Shown piece after piece: positions 1-6,858 of a stretch of 12,868 nt of DNA. Each line of letters begins with the position of its first letter. The stretch's first letter is position 1. The stretch comes from Candidatus Thorarchaeota archaeon. GTDB taxonomy: Archaea; Asgardarchaeota; Thorarchaeia; Thorarchaeales; Thorarchaeaceae. A program made the translations under genes and the position numbers. Below the pieces are notes generated by a model. It saw nothing but the letters and a program-made list of their open reading frames with translations. It did no database searches and was not told the DNA's origin. The DNA lies in contig JAOUFI010000062.1 of assembly GCA_029858305.1 (NCBI GenBank), forward strand, positions 1-12,868, written 5' to 3'.

Positions 1-1
1 C

Positions 2-49
2 CTATCGAAAGGTGAAAATGCGTTAAGCATGCAGACCACAGAAGAATAG
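2..49 (+). CDS. Probable 3' end of an upstream gene truncated by the window edge (...LSKGENALSMQTTEE*)
   Basis: The frame is open from position 2 to TAG at 47-49 and is followed immediately by a GGAGA motif (52-56) for the next gene. Too short to assign a function. Confidence 0.35.
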   Translation, partial: LSKGENALSMQTTEE

Positions 50-118
50 CTGGAGATGTAACAACTGTCTAGAGGAAAACATAGTCGCAAGAAGTTCCGA
101 AGAGGACACGCTCCGTAT

Positions 119-2020
119 TTGGCCAAGATTCGATTCTTCTGGTGCGACACATGCAATGTGCCACGGATTGCAGAAACAGAATGTGCCACGTGCGGGACGA
201 AACCTAGGCAAGTTGAGCTTTCCCCACCAGGCGATCCATTTCCTGCTATGGATGGTCATCTCCAAAGAGCAATCCAAGCTATTGATACTCAATTTGGAGA
301 CGGTGCGGGTCTTGTCCTACTTCCCCAGACCAAGACAATTGTCATGAACAAGGTTTCCTCCCTTGACGCGATGTATGAAATTGTAGTGGATGGGTATACA
401 ATTGGCAGATTAAGGTTTGACATTGAGAAACGGGGATACACATTTCTCCTTACCATCGAAGGAGCTCGTAGAATTGGCTCAATCAGCAGACAGAAGTGGG
501 TTTCAATCCACGATGGCGTTTTGAAATATCTGAAAGATGGTGCTAACCTGATGCTCCCGGGTGTGCAGGGATGTGACTCTGAGATCAAGGTTGATGATGA
601 AGTATGGATTATTGACTCCGATGGTATTGTGATTGGTACAGGTATAGCACGAATGAGCGGGATTGAGATGGCTTCTGAAACCAAAGGCTTCGCTGTCAAG
701 ATACGGGAGGTATCCAATCCTTTTCCTTCAGTAGTGAACGCAATCGAATCCACATGGGATGATGCAGTTAAAGCAAATCTTCAGGACCTCTTCACAATTG
801 AGAAGGAGGCAGTTTCCTTCATTAGACGCGTGATTGAGAATAACAAGAGTCTTCCTGTTGTCGTAGGTTTCAGTGGAGGTAAAGACTCCCTTGCAACATA
901 TCTTGTTGTTGAGAAAGCAACAGGAGAAAGTCCACCACTCTTCTTCATGGACACAGGTCTTGAGCTTCCTGAAACTCTAGAGTTTATTCATAAGTTCGCA
1001 GAGAATCGTAAGGTTCGAATAATTGGCGAGAGAGCTGAGAATCGGTTCTGGGAGTCTTTGGATGTCTTTGGCCCACCTGCAAGGGACTTTCGTTGGTGCT
1101 GTAAGGTTCTCAAGCTAGGACCTGCAGCGACGTCGATTGCATCAGAGCTTGGTAGTGAAACCCTATCCTTCATGGGTCAAAGGAAGATGGAGTCATTTCA
1201 GAGATCGATTGAACCCAGAGTTACAGAGAATCCTTGGGTTCCAGGGCAAATCTCAGCCAATCCAATTCAGAATTGGAACGCACTTGAGGTATGGTTATTC
1301 ACATTCAAGGAGAAGACTGACTTCAATCCCCTCTACACAAACGGGTATCACAGAATTGGTTGTTACCTGTGTCCAGCTTCACCACTAGCTGAACTTGAGA
1401 GCCTACGTCAGACTCATCCAGAGTTTCATAGGAAGTGGGAGATGAAGATGCACGAGTGGGCAGAGAAGTATGGCTTTCCTGATGAGTGGTATGAGCTCGG
1501 ATTCTGGCGTTGGAAGAATCTGCCAAAGGGACAACTAGAGATTGTTAATCGTCTTGGCTTAGATATCACTCCTAGTCGACAGAGTCCTGGTGAGAAAATT
1601 GAGCTAAATATCACAAAAGGAGTAGCTCCCTGTACCAAGTCCGGTTTCAGTCTTGAAGGTGCCTTTTCCTCAGGTATAGACCTGAATAGAATTTCCAAGG
1701 TCATGCCAATATTTGGAACCACAAAGGTTTCTGAGGAGCTTGGCGCTCTTCGAACGGCATCCGGAGAGAACCATATTGCGCTCTTCAGTTCAGGTTCTGT
1801 GGTAGTCCGTGGTCCTAATGAGCATACAGTGGAACATCTCACTGATCAATTTGTACGGGCTACTCGACGAGCTCTTCTCTGCCAAGCCTGTGGTTCCTGT
1901 ATTCCCCAATGTGATCAAGGTGCACTATATCTTGACAACGGAAAGATAGCAGTATATGAGGACAAATGCATTAACTGTCTTAAGTGTGACAACTGGCCGT
2001 GTCCTACATACCTGACCTAA
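119..2020 (+). CDS. Phosphoadenosine phosphosulfate (PAPS/APS) reductase-family protein with N-terminal Zn-ribbon, PUA domain and C-terminal 4Fe-4S ferredoxin domain (archaeal MJ0066-like architecture)
   Basis: N-terminal WCDTCNVP...CATCG. PUA-like segment (DGANLMLPGV...IKVDDEVWI...IGTGIARMSG). PP-loop SGGKDS at 872-889. DTGLELPET, RWCCKVLK and GYHRIGCYLCP are PAPS-reductase-family motifs. C-terminal CQACGSCIPQC and CINCLKC..CP. The annotated start is TTG 119, but the frame is open back to CTG 65 (see findings). Confidence 0.85.
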   Translation: MAKIRFFWCDTCNVPRIAETECATCGTKPRQVELSPPGDPFPAMDGHLQRAIQAIDTQFGDGAGLVLLPQTKTIVMNKVSSLDAMYEIVVDGYTIGRLRFDIEKRGYTFLLTIEGARRIGSISRQKWVSIHDGVLKYLKDGANLMLPGVQGCDSEIKVDDEVWIIDSDGIVIGTGIARMSGIEMASETKGFAVKIREVSNPFPSVVNAIESTWDDAVKANLQDLFTIEKEAVSFIRRVIENNKSLPVVVGFSGGKDSLATYLVVEKATGESPPLFFMDTGLELPETLEFIHKFAENRKVRIIGERAENRFWESLDVFGPPARDFRWCCKVLKLGPAATSIASELGSETLSFMGQRKMESFQRSIEPRVTENPWVPGQISANPIQNWNALEVWLFTFKEKTDFNPLYTNGYHRIGCYLCPASPLAELESLRQTHPEFHRKWEMKMHEWAEKYGFPDEWYELGFWRWKNLPKGQLEIVNRLGLDITPSRQSPGEKIELNITKGVAPCTKSGFSLEGAFSSGIDLNRISKVMPIFGTTKVSEELGALRTASGENHIALFSSGSVVVRGPNEHTVEHLTDQFVRATRRALLCQACGSCIPQCDQGALYLDNGKIAVYEDKCINCLKCDNWPCPTYLT

Positions 2021-2032
2021 TTAGCTAATTAG
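2017..2032. repeat. Perfect 16-bp palindrome that is also a tandem repeat of CTAATTAG, spanning two convergent stop codons
   Basis: ctaattag (2017-2024) + ctaattag (2025-2032). It contains TAA 2018-2020 on + and TAG 2027-2025 on -. Confidence 0.85.
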
Positions 2033-3071
2033 AAGGAGGGAATTTCTTTTTCCAACGTCTTGCAAGTTCACTGCATGTAATTAGCTCGGGGTCTGCCTGT
2101 TTTATGGTTCGTAGGAGTGTCCTGTATGCCTTGTGATGTTTTGGGTGCCCAAAGTCTTCCTGATCTGGATGAAGAATAAATGTGGCGAGCCCTCCCTGTG
2201 ATTTGATATATTCCATCTTCCTCTTCCACACTCTCAACATACTCTCTTCTGAGAGTTTATAGTAGTACAACAAGGTCCAATCTTGGGGCATTGATACTGG
2301 AATTTCGACCAGCGGGCTTTGTTTCCAAAGACTTCCATCTTTGTATAGTGGGTAGAAGGGAAAAATTGTCCTACTACCTGTGGATGCATACCCAATCGTA
2401 GAATCATCTGTGTCTGGAAAAGATGAGTCCCAGTCGAACTGAGCTTCAGTCAGATAGCGTATCATCTGCTTGGTTCGATGCAACCAAGGTGCTCGATATC
2501 CTATCGTAAGTATGCCAAGTTCCCTCGCACGGTTCGCTGCATTAAAGATTCGGGCCTTCTGTTCCTCTTCAGGTAGAAAGGCAAACTTACCATCATGATG
2601 CAATCCATGCATACCTACATCAAACCCGTCCCCCAATATCGATGTGATAAAATCCGGATCTAATTGATACTCGAGGGAGCTGGGAACTATATTGAACGTT
2701 GAAACCATATCCTCTGCTCTTTCCATTTCAATAAACTTAGAGAGTCCAAATTCATACCCTTCTCGAGTGTCAACATCGTGAGTCATAATCACCCCGAAAT
2801 CCTTCTGCCAAAACTCACGTTTTTCCTCAGTTGAGGGGTCTAGTCTATCAGCCAAATCATCGATTGGAAAGGTCCTCCTCTTAGATATGTTTGATGACTT
2901 TGGCCTAAGTAACGATAGAAGTGAAACAAAGGAATCACGAATCTGATATGGAATATACTCTACCAGACCTAAACCAACCCCAAGTTGCAGAGCTGCTGGA
3001 GGTCGGTACGTAATGTCCAGTTCGTTCCTATAATAATCACTTTTGGAGATTTTCATTATTCGCCCACTCAT
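2025..3071 (-). CDS. Polysaccharide deacetylase family protein (carbohydrate esterase family 4, NodB-like)
   Basis: CE4-type motifs in the expected order: MTHDVD (motif 1), HGLHH (metal-binding HxxxH), GYRAPWL, WDSS, EIPVSMPQDW, ILHPD. The ATG directly abuts the TGA of the upstream gene (TGA-ATG at 3074-3069). Confidence 0.85.
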   Translation of the reverse strand: MSGRIMKISKSDYYRNELDITYRPPAALQLGVGLGLVEYIPYQIRDSFVSLLSLLRPKSSNISKRRTFPIDDLADRLDPSTEEKREFWQKDFGVIMTHDVDTREGYEFGLSKFIEMERAEDMVSTFNIVPSSLEYQLDPDFITSILGDGFDVGMHGLHHDGKFAFLPEEEQKARIFNAANRARELGILTIGYRAPWLHRTKQMIRYLTEAQFDWDSSFPDTDDSTIGYASTGSRTIFPFYPLYKDGSLWKQSPLVEIPVSMPQDWTLLYYYKLSEESMLRVWKRKMEYIKSQGGLATFILHPDQEDFGHPKHHKAYRTLLRTIKQADPELITCSELARRWKKKFPPSN

Positions 3072-4574
3072 TCAAGAGGAGTATTTCATCCAATGGCCGT
3101 ATCTTGAGAGCCATCCATTTACTACAAGGCTTACTTTTGTTCGAGTCCCACCCCAAGTGCTATTTGCCAAATCAAACCACCAAGAACCAGCCTGTTCCAG
3201 ATTTTTAGCGCGTTCGGAATCAATCGGAAACAATGTTATGACAAAAGACTTCTCGCGTACAATATCCCAGAGCTCACTTCTATCTTCGAACATGAATATT
3301 ACATGATTATCTTGTTTTGAAGAGGGTCCTCGTGGTGTTCTGAATGAAGTCTTAGCATAATCATTCTCAAGGATGGGATCAGAAACCTTCCAATCTTCAA
3401 TTCGAAGATAGCCAACAAACTCGATAAGCATATCCTTGAGTATATCGCGTTTTTCTTTGTCTGTGAGTTTTTTGATGTACTCGTCATCTCGTCTGAGTAC
3501 CTTTGCTGGAACTCCAGCTGCCAGACTACGAGCTGGAACATCTCTATTAATTACGGATCCTGCCCCTATTGTTGCCTCCTTTCCGATGTGAACATTAGGA
3601 AGGACAAAGACACGCCATGGGAACCAAACCCCATCTTCAATAGTAATTGGCCCAAATGCAACAGGGAATCCTTCAAGAACTGGCTGCCAAGTTCCATGAG
3701 TAAATAGGAAGTTGGACCCACCAATTCCTACTCTCTTCCCAATCTTGATTGGATGTGTCGGGTTGATGACGCTCTGGGCAAATATCATTGAGAGGTCTCC
3801 AATCTCGATAATGGATTTATCGGTCTTAAGTCCGCCAATGTATACCTGCTCTTGAATAGTGACCTCCTCGCCAATCAATACCTTGTGAGTATCAATAATT
3901 ACAAGCATTCCCAACTTTGAATAGCGACCGAGTGTAAATTCATTAGCGCGTATCATGTTAGCCATGCCGATCTCAGCATGATCACCAATGACTATCTTCT
4001 TGCAATCGAGTATTGACAATGGACCAATCGTTACTCCTTGTCCAATCTCAGCTCCCTTCCTTCTGTAGTATGAGATTTTCAAGCTTGATGGAAGCAGTCC
4101 AATTGTCGCCATTTTTCCGAGTGGCATTTCGAACAGATTGGGGTCTCCGATGTGTGTACGGACCATGAGAAGAGGCCCAAAGAACATGACTAGGAGAATA
4201 AGGCCTCGGAGACCTCCGGCAAATAGATTATAGTCTTGTAATATAACTTCTAGGTTCAAATTCAACACGTAGTATCTGAATGTCATATCGAAGACTAAGA
4301 AGAAAATCAGCCAGAGAAGGCCTACTACTAACATCTTTCCTCTCTTGTATCTTGGAACAAACTTCTTGAAGACTGCATTGATGACAAGACCCAGAAGAAG
4401 GAAGAGAAGAAGATTCCTTAGCACATAGGATGTGCTGGTGTCTAGTAAGTTCGAAATATAGGGTGGCCAAATCCACTCAAAAATAATGGTTACAATAGGG
4501 ATGAAAATCCAGACTGCAATTGCATAAGACCTACTATTCTTAATGAACTCTTCCAAGTCTTGGTCCTCCGCCAT
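3072..4574 (-). CDS. Membrane-anchored left-handed beta-helix (hexapeptide-repeat) acyl/acetyltransferase, WcaF/MAT-like
   Basis: About four hydrophobic helices at the N-terminus, then many hexapeptide repeats (GAEIGQGVTIG, IVIGDHAEIG, IGEEVTIQEQVYIG, IKIGKRVGIG). It has FTHG (probable catalytic His) and the typical end PITIEDGVW..VLPNVHIGKEATIGAGSVINRDVP...AAGVPAKVLR. Start is ATG 4574 or GTG 4592. Confidence 0.8.
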   Translation of the reverse strand: MAEDQDLEEFIKNSRSYAIAVWIFIPIVTIIFEWIWPPYISNLLDTSTSYVLRNLLLFLLLGLVINAVFKKFVPRYKRGKMLVVGLLWLIFFLVFDMTFRYYVLNLNLEVILQDYNLFAGGLRGLILLVMFFGPLLMVRTHIGDPNLFEMPLGKMATIGLLPSSLKISYYRRKGAEIGQGVTIGPLSILDCKKIVIGDHAEIGMANMIRANEFTLGRYSKLGMLVIIDTHKVLIGEEVTIQEQVYIGGLKTDKSIIEIGDLSMIFAQSVINPTHPIKIGKRVGIGGSNFLFTHGTWQPVLEGFPVAFGPITIEDGVWFPWRVFVLPNVHIGKEATIGAGSVINRDVPARSLAAGVPAKVLRRDDEYIKKLTDKEKRDILKDMLIEFVGYLRIEDWKVSDPILENDYAKTSFRTPRGPSSKQDNHVIFMFEDRSELWDIVREKSFVITLFPIDSERAKNLEQAGSWWFDLANSTWGGTRTKVSLVVNGWLSRYGHWMKYSS

Positions 4575-4720
4575 CAGTGAAGCTGTATACACTCATCCAA
4601 TAGCTGATTAGATTGTCATCGAGCCCTATGTGGTATATTACAGTTGTCATGCTTGTTTCTTTTTTAGTCCAGCAAAGGTAATATAGTATGCTCGTGCCCC
4701 ATCTGTTGGATGACTGTTTA

Positions 4721-6085
4721 ATGCTTTCAGCGATTAGTCTTAGCATATACGAACACAGAAAGTATCTAGTGCTCAGTATAGTCATCTCTATGATTGCTAT
4801 ACCAATTGCTGACACATTGGTGATACAACGGGACAGGAACCGAAATGAGATGTATGGTGAAGCATTCTGGATCTATGGCTTCACAGTCTATAATATGAAT
4901 GATACAGAACTTGCATACAATCTAGATACATACTTTGGATTCAACTTCGATGATGGTCTACATACACTTCCTGATTATCTAGGTGGTGTACAATACGAGT
5001 ATCCTGTCTTTGGGTTGATCTTTTTTGCGATAGCTACGTGGATGTTTCCGGGTTCGGGGACTGGAAGTTTGCAACCTATGTGGTTGAACTTTCTTCTGGT
5101 GCTAGTCTTTAACCTGAATCTGGTTCTGTTGACCATCCTCCTAGGTGATAAATTACGAAATGCAAAATGGGCACGGTACTTCTTTGGAGCATATTTCATA
5201 TATGGACTTACAATGGCTGCTGGAGGGGGCAAGCTCGAACCTATCGTTGATTGTCTTCTTTTGATGTCTCTTGTTCTCTGGAAAGAGAATCAACACGGCA
5301 AGTCAATGTTCACGCTTGGCTTGTCAGTCCAGACAAAGATATACCCCATTGTTGTATTCCCTGTATTATTCTTAGGAAATCCACTATCCTCTATCTGGCT
5401 TCTTGCCTCTACTATCTTGACAACAGTGCCCATTTTCTTTGGAGCGACGTTTGAGTCTCTAGTGTCTCACCTATTGAATACTTCAAGTTATAGCTCATTT
5501 GTAGTCAATCCATTATGGCCAGGTCTGGCTCTTGAAACACCTAATATGTATAGTTCACTTGACCCAAGTGCTTCGTACATGTGGCCGCCTGCACTAATAC
5601 CGTTGGTAATCTATTTAGGTTTCATGTTGCTCACTTTCCGTAATTATCTTCCAAAGAGAACCGAGCTTTCAGGAAAGTCTCTGCGAGAAAAACTAGTCTG
5701 CCTAATACCCTTCTACCTGTATCTAATCCCTGGTATTTTATTTGTATTTCGATGGATTATGCCATGGTATCTATTCTGGTTCGCTCCTGTTATAGTGCTC
5801 TTTAAAGAGAGTAAACATGCAGTTGGCTACCTGCGACAAATCACACTTGTAGGTCTTCTGTACCTATTGGGTATTGCATCCAATTGGCCTTACTTTATTG
5901 CTGGTCCACTACCTGCGTTCATGGAGCATTTCCCTGCAAGCGCATCAGAAACGATTGGCGGTCTAATTCTGCTAATTATCTCGACTTGTGTTGCCTACTT
6001 CCTCTGGAAATTAGAGATTGAACGAAGGGAAAAGAAAGCCCAATTTCTAAGGGCGGCTGAGGAGCGAGGCGAGCTCATAATCTAG
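4721..6085 (+). CDS. Polytopic GT-C fold glycosyltransferase, GT87 / PIG-M-like lipid-phosphate-sugar-dependent transferase
   Basis: Roughly 10-12 hydrophobic helices. An extracytoplasmic loop ends in YEYP (EYP at 4997-5005), followed by GGKLEP, KIYP (5336-5347) and PWYLFWFAP, a motif series typical of GT87/PIG-M-like proteins. Start is ATG 4721 (GGATGA upstream) or ATG 4688. Confidence 0.65.
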   Translation: MLSAISLSIYEHRKYLVLSIVISMIAIPIADTLVIQRDRNRNEMYGEAFWIYGFTVYNMNDTELAYNLDTYFGFNFDDGLHTLPDYLGGVQYEYPVFGLIFFAIATWMFPGSGTGSLQPMWLNFLLVLVFNLNLVLLTILLGDKLRNAKWARYFFGAYFIYGLTMAAGGGKLEPIVDCLLLMSLVLWKENQHGKSMFTLGLSVQTKIYPIVVFPVLFLGNPLSSIWLLASTILTTVPIFFGATFESLVSHLLNTSSYSSFVVNPLWPGLALETPNMYSSLDPSASYMWPPALIPLVIYLGFMLLTFRNYLPKRTELSGKSLREKLVCLIPFYLYLIPGILFVFRWIMPWYLFWFAPVIVLFKESKHAVGYLRQITLVGLLYLLGIASNWPYFIAGPLPAFMEHFPASASETIGGLILLIISTCVAYFLWKLEIERREKKAQFLRAAEERGELII

Positions 6086-6089
6086 CGTG

Positions 6090-6551
6090 TCACCTAGCTC
6101 TTCCATTCTCTCTGTAGAAATCGATTATACGTTTTCGAATCATTGTTGAAGAACACAGACCATCAGCTGTTTTCTTTTCCAGCCTTACGATTGTTGTGTG
6201 AAGCCCTCTTTCTGCAATTCGCTTCTCAAGCCTATCAATATCTGTGTACTGGTCATACCCTAGGGCGACTATATCCGGTCTTATCTGAATCACAATTTCC
6301 GTATGATCTTCTGTATCAAGACCAATTACAGCTCTATCTACAATCCCCAATGCTTCAACCAATTTTCGCCGCTGCTCCTGAGGAAAAACTGGTGGGGCGC
6401 CTCGCTCTTTCTCTATGGTCTTATCAAGAGCAATGACCACAACCAGTTCACCATCCTCTCCAGCAAGTTCTCTAGCTTGCTCAAGGTATGCAAGATGCCC
6501 AAGATGAAGAAGATCGAATTTGCCTGCTGCAAGAACTCGTTTACCAGTCAT
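6090..6551 (-). CDS. ribL: Archaeal FAD synthase (FMN adenylyltransferase, cytidylyltransferase-like HxGH family)
   Basis: RVLAAGKFDLLHLGHLAYLEQA, ELVVVIA, QRRKLVEALGIVDRAVIG, RPDIVALGYDQ and SSTMIRKRI match the archaeal RibL layout. Start is ATG 6551, or TTG 6578 abutting the upstream stop. Confidence 0.85.
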   Translation of the reverse strand: MTGKRVLAAGKFDLLHLGHLAYLEQARELAGEDGELVVVIALDKTIEKERGAPPVFPQEQRRKLVEALGIVDRAVIGLDTEDHTEIVIQIRPDIVALGYDQYTDIDRLEKRIAERGLHTTIVRLEKKTADGLCSSTMIRKRIIDFYRENGRAR

Positions 6552-6578
6552 CGTACTTGCACCCGTAGAAATCTCCAA

Positions 6579-6839
6579 CTAATCCTCATCGACTGCAAGG
6601 AACTCAGTTCCCTCAGAAATCACTTCTATCCGACGCTTGGTCTTTGTAATCTGACTTACATGGACAAGCCCGTTGATTTCAAGTTGGAGAAGAGCTCCAT
6701 TAAGCTCTGCTTCACTGGGTTCTGCTCCAAGCTCTTTCTTTAGCGCACGAATCAGTTCATCATCAAGGATAACTCCATGGCGCTTCTGTAGAATTGAAAT
6801 GACTAAGTTAGTCATGGGTAATGCATTCCATGGTGCCAT
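6579..6839 (-). CDS. Small winged-helix protein (86 aa) co-oriented with cdc48
   Basis: Helix-helix-helix plus beta-hairpin pattern (DDELIRALKK...SEAELNGALLQLEINGLVHV...RRIEV). AGGTGA lies upstream of the ATG and the gene starts 19 nt after the cdc48 stop. Confidence 0.7.
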   Translation of the reverse strand: MAPWNALPMTNLVISILQKRHGVILDDELIRALKKELGAEPSEAELNGALLQLEINGLVHVSQITKTKRRIEVISEGTEFLAVDED

Positions 6840-6858
6840 ACATTATCACCTTCATTTA

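Noticed and set aside
289-1842. Antisense ORFs (154, 61, 67 and 138 aa) within the PUA/PAPS gene
   Set aside because: They are fully nested opposite a well-supported gene, Ser/Pro/Ile-rich as expected for shadow frames, and have no motifs.
119-2020. PAPS-reductase-like gene considered as DndC of a DNA phosphorothioation system or as a eukaryote-type FAD synthase
   Set aside because: No dndB/D/E or pbe genes are nearby, the PUA and ferredoxin architecture differs from DndC, and a canonical RibL already covers FAD synthesis.
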